Origin: an uncultured bacterium
Lineage (GTDB): Bacteria > Babelota > Babeliae > Babelales > Vermiphilaceae
Assembly: GCA_963713925.1 (NCBI GenBank)
Contig: OY970212.1
Coordinates: 1,088,001 to 1,152,000 of the forward strand
Length of the DNA: 64,000 nucleotides
Direction of reading: 5' to 3'
Within the stretch, counting starts at the first letter, position 1; each line of letters starts with the position of its first letter. Below are positions 50,286 to 60,308 of the stretch, one piece after another. The notes under the pieces are model-generated. The model saw only the letters and a program-made list of their open reading frames with translations. It ran no database searches and was not told the DNA's origin. The position numbers and the translations under genes are program-made.

Positions 50286-52286
50286 CTATTTCTTCGGTCT
50301 CAACAAGCGATGATACACACATGCATCGCCCGAATCTTTTTCCATCATAAACGTGTATTCCGCCCGGCATTCTCTCTTTTTTCCGGTGCTCAGATCAATG
50401 CGCGTCACATCTGCAATCAAACAATCTTGACTTTGAGAAATTCCATCTTTAACAAATGGAACGAGCTGACCATAATACTGAACAACATAATCAAGCATTT
50501 GGGCAAAAGTATGATCATGTTTTGTGTCTTCTCTTTTCACTCGTTGTCGTTGTAAAATACGTGGATGAAAGGTGAGGGCTGAAATACTGGCCAAATCTCT
50601 TTCGATATGTTCCGGCGCATACACAACCAATTTTTCATTGTGTACGGAATCGAAAATCTCAATCTGTTTTGTATTGTGGTTCACTCTTTTTACAAGACTG
50701 CCATCGGCAGTTTGAAAATAATCATTCCACTGCTCTTTTGAAACTGAAAATGGTGTTTCGTCTACACCGCTCTGCGTTTTTTCAATGGGGGCTACTGCTG
50801 CGCTTGCTGAAACTGCCGCTTCATGTTTCTTTTTCAATCTTTCAAGAGATGGTAGTAGCTCCTCTGTTTTAAAAAAGACATCATCTATTTTCGTTTCCGA
50901 CTCTTCGATAAGTCGTAAACCGGCCGGTATATCTTGCTTCACGCCAAGGCCAATGAGACGCATATACCCACGAGCAAAAAGCAATGATCTGTATTGTGTC
51001 CCAGTATTATTCTTTATTTTCGACAAATAACTATCAGCTTTTTGATTATGAGCGGTAACACCCATTCCATATTTATAGCCAATAGCAAGCTGCAGCCAGA
51101 CAATCGGAATTGCTTCTTCTGAAGCCTGTTGCAAATAACTCATCCCTTGTTCGGGAGATTCAAAAAGTAGCTTACAACCAATTAAAAATTGGGCGAGTCT
51201 ACAACCACTATCAGCAGATTTTTTAATATCTTCTTCTGCCGCTTTCTTATCCCCCTGAATTTTATTGATCAAAGTCAAACGCGCAAGCTCGAAAGCTCCA
51301 TTCAATTGATTCTTTTTGTAATGATCTACCGCTTTTTGAATGTCTATATTCTCTTTACCAAAAACCCCTTCGTAAGTGCGCGCAATGGTAGTAACAACAT
51401 GGCAATAGAGGTCTAGATCTTTCTCTTTATCAATTTTTTGCTCGCTATCAAACAGTAATCTCAATCCCTCAGCCGCATTTCTCGGCACCACAGCTCCCTG
51501 TAAATAGTGCAGCGCCAAACCCCACTGTGCGTTATGATCCCCTTGCAGCGATAAATCTCTTAAAATAGCAATTGCTTGATCATGTGCGTTGCTATCATTC
51601 CCCTGAAGAAGAAGGAATGCCAGCTGTTTTTGTGAATCACGAATCAAATCTTGATAGTGTGAAAATTTCCGATATGGCTCCAATACAGCAACAGTTTTTT
51701 TAAAGTATGTCTTAGCTTCATCATGCTTACCAAGCTTCAGATATGCGTCTGCCACAAAATAATTGTTATCAATTAATCCGTCTTTAACTGCATCAAAAGC
51801 ATATTGTAACATATCTCCATAACGTTCTTTTACCTGGGCAATTAAAACCAGGTGTGCATGCGCTGGCAAATATCCATATTTGCGCGACTGCAGCAACCAT
51901 TGTTCTCCTATTTTAACATCTTCACCGACTGGCGGAGTGCCAAGGGTATATCTTACTCCGATAACAAAAGCCGTCTCAGCAGTCTGAGTTGCTGAAAAAT
52001 TTGGATTTTTCGAATCTAGGGCAACAAATTTCAAACCTGAACGAGCATTCACATTTCTGGATCTACACGCCTTTTTACAAAACAGCAGACGCTCCTTCGT
52101 AGCAGCTTCAAGATTCTTGAATGTATCCGGATCCAATGGAGTGACACACATTTGTTGCACTTCCAACGAAGGTTTTACCGCAAAGTCCGGTGAGAGTTGT
52201 AATGTGCGTTTATCAGAATCATCCATTGAATAAATGCTACACATAGTAAAAATAAGACCAATTATAAAAGGACAGAATTTTTTCAT
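50286..52286 (-). CDS. Secreted Sel1-like repeat protein
   Basis: AQWGLALHYLQGAVVPRN, AQFLIG, LAIGYKYGMGV and GLGVKQDIPAG repeats. Confidence 0.85.
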   Translation of the reverse strand: MKKFCPFIIGLIFTMCSIYSMDDSDKRTLQLSPDFAVKPSLEVQQMCVTPLDPDTFKNLEAATKERLLFCKKACRSRNVNARSGLKFVALDSKNPNFSATQTAETAFVIGVRYTLGTPPVGEDVKIGEQWLLQSRKYGYLPAHAHLVLIAQVKERYGDMLQYAFDAVKDGLIDNNYFVADAYLKLGKHDEAKTYFKKTVAVLEPYRKFSHYQDLIRDSQKQLAFLLLQGNDSNAHDQAIAILRDLSLQGDHNAQWGLALHYLQGAVVPRNAAEGLRLLFDSEQKIDKEKDLDLYCHVVTTIARTYEGVFGKENIDIQKAVDHYKKNQLNGAFELARLTLINKIQGDKKAAEEDIKKSADSGCRLAQFLIGCKLLFESPEQGMSYLQQASEEAIPIVWLQLAIGYKYGMGVTAHNQKADSYLSKIKNNTGTQYRSLLFARGYMRLIGLGVKQDIPAGLRLIEESETKIDDVFFKTEELLPSLERLKKKHEAAVSASAAVAPIEKTQSGVDETPFSVSKEQWNDYFQTADGSLVKRVNHNTKQIEIFDSVHNEKLVVYAPEHIERDLASISALTFHPRILQRQRVKREDTKHDHTFAQMLDYVVQYYGQLVPFVKDGISQSQDCLIADVTRIDLSTGKKRECRAEYTFMMEKDSGDACVYHRLLRPKK

Positions 52287-52487
52287 ACTTCTCCTTGCAC
52301 AGGAATGAGTTGATCTGAACAAAAAATTCGATATCGTATGTACCATAGTAAATATTCATCTAAAAAAAGGAAGTTTCATATGAATACTCATCTTTCACGC
52401 GCATGGACGACGCAGCTAATAATTGGTACACTCATCTCGCTCGTAACATCATTTGTAGCAAGTAAAGAAAAAGGGGAACCGGTTATC

Positions 52488-53951
52488 ATGGAAAAGATGC
52501 AAGCTATAGTACTCGGGGCAGGCAAATCAACCCGATTCAACACCGGCAATAGTAAGTTGATTGAGCCTATTTGCGGCCAGCCGATGATTCTCTATTCCAC
52601 AAAATTATTGGCAAAACTTGATATTGCAACCATTGTTGTTGTCGGTTATCAAAAAGAACTTATTATGGACACCATCAACAAAGTGCATAGAGGAACGGTT
52701 CAATTTGCCGAGCAAGTCGAACAACGCGGAACCGGTGATGCCATTAAATGTTCAAAAGATTTTTGGAAACGTGATCATATCTTAATTCTCAACGGCGATA
52801 TGCCGTTGATCGACGAATCAATTGTTCTCGATTTGTATCATCAACATATGCAATCAAACGCCGCTATCAGCTTTGTCACTTCACACATCGAAACCACAAA
52901 TCATGGCTACGGACGAGTGGTGACGCAAGATGGTATCACGCAAATCATTGAAGCGAAAGATTTCACTCTCAATCCAGACGAACACTGTGTTATCAATGCA
53001 GGTGTTTATTTAGTCAAACGAACATTCCTGCAAGATTCGATTAATAAACTGAATTGCAACAACAAAAGTAATGAATTTTATATCACTGACTTGGTGAAAA
53101 TTGCTTCAGAAAGCGGTGCCGGCGTTTCCACGCTCATGGTTCCGTTTGATCTAGTTCGCGGCATTAACACCATGCAAGAACTCTGGGCTGCAGAGCAGAT
53201 TCAGCGATCGCGCATCATCAAGCACCACATGGATAATGGCGTTCGCTTTTCAGTCGCCCAAAATGTGCATGTTGATCTTGATGTAGAAATCGGCTCGGGA
53301 TCATACATCGGATGCGGCGCTCATCTAATTAAAGACACTCGCATTGGTAAAAATTGCATGATTCACGAAAATGTTTCCATTGAATCCAGCGACATTGGCG
53401 ATTCATGCGAAATCAAGCCATTTACCATCATCACCGAATCAATTATTGCAGGCAATTGCTCAATAGGTCCTTTTGCTCACATCAAGCAACATTCCATGAT
53501 TGGAGAACAATCTACTATTGGAAATTTTGTTGAAATCAAAGAATCAAAAATCGGTAGCAGCACAAAAGCAAAACATCTTGCCTATATCGGCAATGCGCTC
53601 ATCGGCGATCAGGTCAATATTGGCGCGGGGACCATCACATGCAACCATAATGGGGTGAGCAAACACCAAACAACAATATCAGACAATGCCTACATCGGCA
53701 GCAATAACACACTGATTGCTCCGGTTACCGTCGGGGCAGAAGCATACACTGCTGCTGGATCGGTCATTACTCAAGACGTTCCTGCAGGAGCGCTCGCCAT
53801 CGGACGCGCACGCCAAGTTAACAAAGAAGGGTATGCGCATAATCTGCGTCAAAATGACCAGATGCACTCGCAGCATGAAGTCATTGAAACCAAATTAATG
53901 TTTTCTGGTGCTCTCAAAACACAGAACGATACAACAAATCATTCAGATTAA
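52488..53951 (+). CDS. glmU: Bifunctional UDP-GlcNAc pyrophosphorylase / glucosamine-1-P acetyltransferase
   Basis: LGAGKSTR, QRGTG, GDMPLI, hexapeptide repeats, GNFVEIK and NIGAGTITCN motifs. Confidence 0.96.
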   Translation: MEKMQAIVLGAGKSTRFNTGNSKLIEPICGQPMILYSTKLLAKLDIATIVVVGYQKELIMDTINKVHRGTVQFAEQVEQRGTGDAIKCSKDFWKRDHILILNGDMPLIDESIVLDLYHQHMQSNAAISFVTSHIETTNHGYGRVVTQDGITQIIEAKDFTLNPDEHCVINAGVYLVKRTFLQDSINKLNCNNKSNEFYITDLVKIASESGAGVSTLMVPFDLVRGINTMQELWAAEQIQRSRIIKHHMDNGVRFSVAQNVHVDLDVEIGSGSYIGCGAHLIKDTRIGKNCMIHENVSIESSDIGDSCEIKPFTIITESIIAGNCSIGPFAHIKQHSMIGEQSTIGNFVEIKESKIGSSTKAKHLAYIGNALIGDQVNIGAGTITCNHNGVSKHQTTISDNAYIGSNNTLIAPVTVGAEAYTAAGSVITQDVPAGALAIGRARQVNKEGYAHNLRQNDQMHSQHEVIETKLMFSGALKTQNDTTNHSD

Positions 53952-53966
53952 AGGGACCCACGCGAC

Positions 53967-53996
53967 CTGTCCGCCGTAGCCTTGTGCGAAGGAGGA
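53967..53996. repeat. Family B repeat
   Basis: CCTGTCCGCCGTAGCCTTGTGCGAAGGAGG. Confidence 0.6.
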
Positions 53997-54025
53997 AGCG
54001 TCAACAAAGTGTGGGTAAAATAATT

Positions 54026-55267
54026 ATGATACGCTTTATACACACCGCTGACGTACATTACGGCATGGAAAATTATGGCCGCATTGACCAGGCAACCGGG
54101 ATTCATTCTCGATTGCTCGATTTTCATAAGTCTTTTAACATCTGCATTGATTATGCGATAGAACATGCCGTCGATTTCTTTCTGTTCTCCGGCGATGCGT
54201 ATAAAACGACAATGCCAAGCCCCACGCAGCAAAAATTATTTTTAAAATCATTGCTTCGTCTGCAACAAGCGGGAATTCCGGTTGTGCTTATCATTGGCAA
54301 CCATGATAACCCACTCAGTTTCGGCAAAGCACACACGCTCGATCTCTTTTCTGAACTTCCGCTGGCAGGCTTTCATGTCATATCGAAACCATCGATTGTG
54401 TCATTGAACACAAAAAATGGCCCGGTCAACGTTGTTGGGATCCCCTGGCCAACCCGCAACACCATCAGCATAAGCTCAAAATATGGGGCGCTCAATGCAA
54501 TCGAAATTACTGATCATATTTCGCAAGCAGTTGCGCGCATTATTGCCGAGTTGGCAGGACGATTGGACAAATCAATCCCGACTGTGCTCGGTGCGCACCT
54601 GACAGTAAGCTCTGGAATTTTTTCAGGATCTGAAAAACGAGCCATTTATGGCACTGACCCCATTTTATTACCTTCGCAATTGGCTATCGAACCATTTGAT
54701 TATGTTGGATTGGGCCACTTGCATCGGTATCAAAATCTGAATGAAAACGGATATCCGGCCGTTGTCTATTCGGGATCAATTGATCGAGTTGATTTCGGCG
54801 AACGAAAAGAAGAAAAAGGGTTTTGCGATGTGATGATCCAAAGCAAAGGAAAAACATCACATCAATTTATCCAAGTGCCCACACGTCCGTTTTTGCAAAT
54901 CGAGATTGAGCTGACTGAAGCAAAAGATCATACTGATCAGATCATTCATCATCTGAACAAATATGATATTCAAGATGCCGTTATTAAAATAATTTACCAT
55001 TTACCCCCCGACACAAAAGATAGTGTGAATGTTTCACTCGTGCAAAAAGCATGCAGCGCGGCATGGTATATTGTCGGCATTATCCCAATTCGAGCATTGA
55101 GCGCAAAACAGCGCCGCGCACAACTGAGTGTCGACATGGATTTGGAGACAGTGCTTGATCGCTATTTTGATTCCAAAGCTGATTTAAAAGTGCACAAAGA
55201 GCGGTTGGTGCAAAAGGCGCTTGCTTTGGCGCAAGAAGTTGCGAGTGAAAGCGAAGAGAACGTGTAG
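54026..55267 (+). CDS. sbcD: SbcD/Mre11 family exonuclease subunit
   Basis: HTADVHYG, SGD, GNHD, LGHLH, YSGS..R.DFGE and EKGF motifs. Confidence 0.9.
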   Translation: MIRFIHTADVHYGMENYGRIDQATGIHSRLLDFHKSFNICIDYAIEHAVDFFLFSGDAYKTTMPSPTQQKLFLKSLLRLQQAGIPVVLIIGNHDNPLSFGKAHTLDLFSELPLAGFHVISKPSIVSLNTKNGPVNVVGIPWPTRNTISISSKYGALNAIEITDHISQAVARIIAELAGRLDKSIPTVLGAHLTVSSGIFSGSEKRAIYGTDPILLPSQLAIEPFDYVGLGHLHRYQNLNENGYPAVVYSGSIDRVDFGERKEEKGFCDVMIQSKGKTSHQFIQVPTRPFLQIEIELTEAKDHTDQIIHHLNKYDIQDAVIKIIYHLPPDTKDSVNVSLVQKACSAAWYIVGIIPIRALSAKQRRAQLSVDMDLETVLDRYFDSKADLKVHKERLVQKALALAQEVASESEENV

Positions 55268-55287
55268 CCTACTCCGCGTAGGCTGAC

Positions 55288-55583
55288 GCAAAGGGTAACG
55301 CCCCTTTTGAAACCCAAATTTGATTTTTAAAGAATGGTTTTTTGCCCACTGCGCGTGGGCCAGCGGCAAAAGACCCGCTTCCCGCGGTGGGGCAAGAGTA
55401 GTTTTGCCACCACTCTTGCATCTCGGGCATTTAAAACCAAGGTTTTAAAATTTCCTTGAGGTTCAACTCACCCAGCCTACGTTTATCCAGGCCTTCCGGC
55501 TTGGCAAACTACGGCGGGCAGGCCATACTTTAATTAAATCGCTTCCATTGGTTCGGTAAACCTCATCAGACTTTTTTATTTTA
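55288..55583 (-). repeat. Family D structured element, left inverted copy
   Basis: Reverse complement of 56582-56839, with a perfect 25-nt inner end and a ~100-nt core with about 6 mismatches. Confidence 0.85.
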
Positions 55584-55636
55584 CGAATGAAAACTTTAAT
55601 GCGAAATCAATTGGCTTTGGAATTGTGAGTTTGTTA

Positions 55637-55680
55637 CCGTTCGTGCTGAGCGAAGTGTAACGCAGTCGAAGCATACGAAC
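55637..55680 (+). repeat. Minimal 44-bp family A repeat
   Basis: CCGTTCGTGCTGAGCGAAGTGTAACGCAGTCGAAGCATACGAAC. Confidence 0.8.
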
Positions 55681-55710
55681 TTCTTTTCTGATCTCAAGAA
55701 TTTTACAAGC

Positions 55711-56463
55711 TTAGAGAGCCAAATCCTGTCGGATCTTTTTCAATATCGCTATGCGCTCTGCTGGAGTTGGGTGATAAGCAGAAGTTGTTTCATCCGTCGC
55801 ATAAAAATCGATTAAATATTTTCCATGATCACATGAATGGAGGGTGGCATATACATCTGCCCTTATTTCGTGAGCACGACGCAATAGATAACTTGCTTCT
55901 TCAATCTCCTCGTAACTTTCCTGAGAATGAGTCCAGACCAAGCATTGGACAAGCTCCCTGTGAAAATTATCCTCATAGATGATGTGGCTCAATTCATGAC
56001 GCAAAATCTCTTTTAATTGAGGAATATTTTTTACATGCTGTTCACTATTAAGATTAATAAAACATTCTTTGGTTGCGTAGTTCCGACATACACTTACCTG
56101 TTGGAGCAAAAAATCGTCATGTGATAAAATTCGGATCTTTACATCGGTCGGAAAAATAGTTTTAGCAGTTCCTAAAATGACTGCTGTTGAATTACTCGTA
56201 GATGTGCCATGGATCTGGTCATACAAAGCGACCATATCTTGAACCAATCTATCATGACTTAATTTTAGGTCTGCATGAAGTTTTGCATCATCAAGCTCCT
56301 TTTGATCTACTCCATATTTTTTAAGAAACGTCTCCTTTTCTCTTGCTACATTTTCATGGGCCCAATCCATCCATTTCATTTTGATAGCATTAGCGTTTTG
56401 ATCCACATCAGCAGAAAACAGCCCGACACATGTCAATAATGCTGCAAACAACATATGTTTCAT
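55711..56463 (-). CDS. Secreted M48-like zinc metallopeptidase
   Basis: Signal peptide; ILRHELSH, HEIRAD and YHPTPAERI motifs. Confidence 0.8.
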   Translation of the reverse strand: MKHMLFAALLTCVGLFSADVDQNANAIKMKWMDWAHENVAREKETFLKKYGVDQKELDDAKLHADLKLSHDRLVQDMVALYDQIHGTSTSNSTAVILGTAKTIFPTDVKIRILSHDDFLLQQVSVCRNYATKECFINLNSEQHVKNIPQLKEILRHELSHIIYEDNFHRELVQCLVWTHSQESYEEIEEASYLLRRAHEIRADVYATLHSCDHGKYLIDFYATDETTSAYHPTPAERIAILKKIRQDLAL

Positions 56464-56581
56464 GATGTATTCCCCTTATTCTACGAAATTAAGATCCAGA
56501 TTACACCCCGCTTTAGGGCTAGACAAGCGCCAATAATTCTACGACATTGTCATTTGACTTGAAACTATAATGTCACATAAA

Positions 56582-56893
56582 TAAAATAAAAAAGTCTGAT
56601 GAGGTTCACCTGAACACATGATAGAATGTTTTTTACAATTATGGCCTGCCCGCCGAAGTTTGCCGAGCCGGAAGGCCCGGATAAACGTAGGCTGGGTGAG
56701 TTGAACCTCAAGGAATTTTTAAAACCTCGGTTTTAAACGCCCGAAATGCAAAAACGGTGGCGAGACCGTTTTTGCCGCGAGTCCCCGCGGAGGGGACAAA
56801 ATGTTTCTGGGGGTTTCAAAAGGGATGCTATCCCTTTGCCGTGCCCGGCGTAGCCTGCCGAGCCGGAAGGCCCGGATAGGCAGAGCCTGGGCA
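56582..56893 (+). repeat. Family D structured element, right inverted copy, plus trailing family B hairpin
   Basis: See 55288-55583; followed by GTGCCCGGCGTAGCC...GCAGAGCCTGGGCAC. Confidence 0.85.
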
Positions 56894-56913
56894 CCTGCCC
56901 CCTTGGTGAGGGG

Positions 56914-57411
56914 CTATATGTCTCCTAATGTCGGTGCAACGCTTGATGTCAACTGATCAAAATTAAGCAAAATTCTTCTGAAAAATATATCGCTTGCCAA
57001 CTCAGTGGGTGTATATCCTAGATCATTTCTGCCATAAATATCAGCTCCAAATCCAAGCAATGTATAGAGCGCTTTACGCCTATTTGCTTTACGAGTGTCA
57101 TACATAACGACATAATGGAGCGGAGTGTTACCATAAATATCACGCGCATTGGGGTCATCTCCAGCAGCTAAATAGCCATCCAAAGCAGTCCAATCAGCCG
57201 CTATCGCTGCGTGGTGCACACGGGTGCGCTTACGTGCGTCGAGTTGTTCATAATGTGGCTTTTTCTGATCTTTCCCATTGAGGTTATCGTTATGTTTGTC
57301 GCGCATCAGATTGATTCTATTTTTCATAGAAGCAGTGAGAGTCGAACTTTGTTGCCCTGCATTGAGCATAACTACGCCGGTGATGCACATAATAAAAAAT
57401 ATTTTTTTCAT
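56914..57411 (-). CDS. Secreted ankyrin-repeat protein
   Basis: TRVHHAA, GDDPNARD.YGNTPLHY and GADIY..NDLGYTP repeats. Confidence 0.9.
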   Translation of the reverse strand: MKKIFFIMCITGVVMLNAGQQSSTLTASMKNRINLMRDKHNDNLNGKDQKKPHYEQLDARKRTRVHHAAIAADWTALDGYLAAGDDPNARDIYGNTPLHYVVMYDTRKANRRKALYTLLGFGADIYGRNDLGYTPTELASDIFFRRILLNFDQLTSSVAPTLGDI

Positions 57412-57654
57412 ATGAAGCCTCGCTTCTTTTTATGTCATTCAAATTCAATGCTAAGCCGCACATTTTACACAGTTTGATTGAAATATTTTCTTTCCTGTAA
57501 TGCAACACTATAGTACTCTTATGGCATGTAGATATACAAGAAAAACTATTTAACCGGACAGCGAAAAGTCTGCGTTCTTTTTCAGTCCGGTTGGTACAAC
57601 GATTGAATTCATTACGAAATCATGGCTTAAAGACATGGAATTTATCGGAGATGC

Positions 57655-58785
57655 ATGAAACGAGTTCTCATTTTCACTTCAGCCGGCGGAGGCGGACATT
57701 TATCCGCCAGTAACGCCATCAAACAACAACTTGAGGCCTATTACACGGTAGAAACTCGTCTCATTTTTGAAGTACTAAGTTCAATTGATGTTATCCGTTT
57801 TTTTACATTTCAAAAATATGGGTTTGAAGATTTTTATAATTATCTTTTAAAGAAACAGTATCTTAAAATTCTCAATCTATGTATCGCATTAGGACTTGTA
57901 TACTTCAGACTGCGACCCAAAAAAATCACGGCGGTCATGACGCAATTCTTAAGCAAAGATAAGCCTGACCTCATTATTTCAGTCATTCCGTTATTCAATC
58001 AATATATCCATAAAGCAGCCCAACAACTTTCCATTCCTTTCATTTTGGTGCCAACAGACCTTGATATCACTACCTTTGTTACCGGCATTCAAGATACCTA
58101 TCCCAAATTCAAATTAGCTCTGGCATTCGAAGATCCGGCGTGCACGAAGCTTGCAGAATCACACGCAATCACCAAGCGACATATGGCGGTAACCGGTTTT
58201 CCACTCAAGAAAGATTTTTTTAAAACCGACCTGTTGCGCACGTCCGTCCATCAAGAATTTTCAATTGATGCATCAAAACCCGTCATTATGATTCTCATGG
58301 GAGCCCAGGGATCATTTTCCACTTATACACTCGCCCGAGAATTACAATATTGTGTCATGCCCGTGCATATCATTTTTTGTCTGGGGAGAAATGAATCGTT
58401 GAGAGCAAAAATTCAGGCGCTCCAATTTGGGGAACATGTTAGTTATAGCATTGTCGGATTTACCAATAAAATTTCAGAGCTTATGTCGGTGAGCGATCTG
58501 ATTATTACCAAATCAGGTTCGGTAAGCGTCTGCGAAGCACTCTATAAAAATATCCCAATTATTTTAGATGGAACATCAGATTTATTACTGTGGGAAAAAT
58601 TTAATCATTCATTTATAGAACAACACAAATTCGGCAGAGTCTTAAAACATCCAAGAGAATTGTGTTTTCTCATTGAGCAATTTTTATCGAAACCCGTGCA
58701 TCGGCAATATAAGAAAAATATTGAACTGCTTGAGAAAAAACAGGGCGTTGTCGAAATTGAGAAACTAGTGAAAGAAATGATATAG
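57655..58785 (+). CDS. UgtP/MGDG synthase-like glycosyltransferase (GT28)
   Basis: GGGHLSAS, KPDLIISV, PTD, TGFP and DLIITKSG..SVCEAL motifs. Confidence 0.88.
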   Translation: MKRVLIFTSAGGGGHLSASNAIKQQLEAYYTVETRLIFEVLSSIDVIRFFTFQKYGFEDFYNYLLKKQYLKILNLCIALGLVYFRLRPKKITAVMTQFLSKDKPDLIISVIPLFNQYIHKAAQQLSIPFILVPTDLDITTFVTGIQDTYPKFKLALAFEDPACTKLAESHAITKRHMAVTGFPLKKDFFKTDLLRTSVHQEFSIDASKPVIMILMGAQGSFSTYTLARELQYCVMPVHIIFCLGRNESLRAKIQALQFGEHVSYSIVGFTNKISELMSVSDLIITKSGSVSVCEALYKNIPIILDGTSDLLLWEKFNHSFIEQHKFGRVLKHPRELCFLIEQFLSKPVHRQYKKNIELLEKKQGVVEIEKLVKEMI

Positions 58786-58822
58786 ATGAAAGAGTGGACT
58801 TGAAGTCCACTCTTTCATCTAT
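58782..58822. terminator. Bidirectional terminator-like inverted repeat
   Basis: 20-bp perfect inverted repeat ATAGATGAAAGAGTGGACTT-G-AAGTCCACTCTTTCATCTAT spanning both stop codons. Confidence 0.75.
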
Positions 58823-59078
58823 TTGGCCGCTTATGTAAGCTGTGAGCGCCTTTTCTTGTATAACTTGGATTAGACGCTTTCGTTTTCTGATTTCGTTTTT
58901 GTTGAATCAAATTAGCTTTATTAAAATTATTAATTCGCGGCGGTGTGTTCACTTGGTTTTGTGCCAATTGCGCCATTTCAATGGTGTATGCAAGCGGCAA
59001 CAATGGATGTAAATGCTCCATGGCAAACAGAGAAGCGCTGTTCAACAATGCGAAAACACCAACTATTTTTATGTTCAT
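58815..59078 (-). CDS. Small secreted hypothetical protein
   Basis: RBS, signal peptide ending SLFA, basic tail. Confidence 0.6.
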   Translation of the reverse strand: MNIKIVGVFALLNSASLFAMEHLHPLLPLAYTIEMAQLAQNQVNTPPRINNFNKANLIQQKRNQKTKASNPSYTRKGAHSLHKRPNR

Positions 59079-59119
59079 AAAATCCTTTTTATCATGCAAA
59101 AGCGCATGGTTTGTTATTC

Positions 59120-59449
59120 TCATTTTTTGATTTCTTTTTCAAGATCTAAGACAATTTGATTCGCTTTCGTATGCTGTTCAAGCTTATACGCCAGCAATTT
59201 ATCCTTATCCTGTTGGTCTAACGGGTTTCCTAAAGTTTTATATCCAAGTTCGAAACCACTGATGCGCCCGTAACAATCATTCATTGCTTCTCTTGCTTTC
59301 TCAAATTCTTTTAAAGCAACAGTTTTGTCATGATCAAGTTTTTTTAAAGTAGCCGCTTCTAATGCATCAAGTCTTTGCTGTGGAGACTTGTCTGCCGCAT
59401 ATTGCATACCGATCACGCAAGCGGTCACTAAATACATGAGATTTTTCAT
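59120..59449 (-). CDS. Small secreted hypothetical protein (paralog of 59487-59816)
   Basis: MKNL.YL...G.QYAA; C.G.ISG.E.G.K.L motif shared with the neighbouring gene. Confidence 0.75.
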   Translation of the reverse strand: MKNLMYLVTACVIGMQYAADKSPQQRLDALEAATLKKLDHDKTVALKEFEKAREAMNDCYGRISGFELGYKTLGNPLDQQDKDKLLAYKLEQHTKANQIVLDLEKEIKK

Positions 59450-59486
59450 TGTTAACTCCTTATATCGCGCAAAAGCGCATGGTTCG

Positions 59487-59816
59487 TTATTCTAATTTTT
59501 TGAGTTCTTTTTCAACATCTGCAAGAATTGTTTTCATCTGCACTTCTTGCCCTCTTTTGTATGCTTCGAAACTCTCTTGATCTATTGATTCTTTTTCTTT
59601 TGAAGGAGATGGCGCTAAATGCTTCATTCCATCCTCGTATCCACTTATACAGCCGGAGCATTGAAGAATCTTTCCTTCTGCTTTTTCCATTAAAGCCAGC
59701 TTGAGACTATATTCGTCAAAAGCAACTTTTCTCAACGAACTAATACGTATCAACGCGTGTTCGGCCGCATATTGTGTGCCCATTACAAAAGCAGTTAGGT
59801 ATATGAGATTTTTCAT
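59487..59816 (-). CDS. Small secreted hypothetical protein (paralog of 59120-59449)
   Basis: Identical RBS/start region TAAGGAGTTAACAATGAAAAATCTCAT. Confidence 0.75.
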   Translation of the reverse strand: MKNLIYLTAFVMGTQYAAEHALIRISSLRKVAFDEYSLKLALMEKAEGKILQCSGCISGYEDGMKHLAPSPSKEKESIDQESFEAYKRGQEVQMKTILADVEKELKKLE

Positions 59817-59837
59817 TGTTAACTCCTTATGATATGG

Positions 59838-60224
59838 TTACTTTTTTATCAACCAGGGCAATTCCGGTACGTCTCTGACTTTAATTAAATATGCGCGTGA
59901 TGTAGCTTTGGTAGGACCATTTTTCCATTCAAGCAATAATGCACGATTGGCCTTCCGAAAAGCATCTAAATCATGACCTTTTTCATCAAAGATTTTCGTT
60001 TGTTCAGAGGAAATTTCTTGAATAATATTTTGCAGTAGACCTTCGCAAAAAGCTTTAACCCATCCCTCTCTTACCTTAATCGGCAAAAGTTGTGTGCGAT
60101 ACTGCTCAATGAGTGCTTTTAATTCAGCAAGAGAATTGAATTCGAGTGGTTTTGGATCATTCGAATTATCACTAGAAAAACAGGAAACAGTTAAAAATAC
60201 AAGACCGATCAATAGCGATTTCAT
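59838..60224 (-). CDS. Small secreted hypothetical protein
   Basis: AAGGAG RBS; signal peptide. Confidence 0.7.
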   Translation of the reverse strand: MKSLLIGLVFLTVSCFSSDNSNDPKPLEFNSLAELKALIEQYRTQLLPIKVREGWVKAFCEGLLQNIIQEISSEQTKIFDEKGHDLDAFRKANRALLLEWKNGPTKATSRAYLIKVRDVPELPWLIKK

Positions 60225-60308
60225 CAGGCTCTCCTTTTATCGCGCAAAGCGCAAGGTACTACTCCAATTTTTTGAGTTCTTCTTCAATAGATTCTCTCTT
60301 CACGATCT

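Noticed and set aside
49179..52286. Prophage or integrative island at the tRNA genes
   Set aside because: No integrase, no phage genes and no duplicated tRNA 3' end were seen.
56596..56720. CTGATGAG suggesting a hammerhead ribozyme (also on the minus strand at about 55562-69)
   Set aside because: No GAAA follows the candidate stem II in either copy, so the core is incomplete.
59450..59490. Integron attC sites in the small-gene array (AAC...GTT)
   Set aside because: Too short, poor RYYYAAC/GTTRRRY match, and no integrase in the window.
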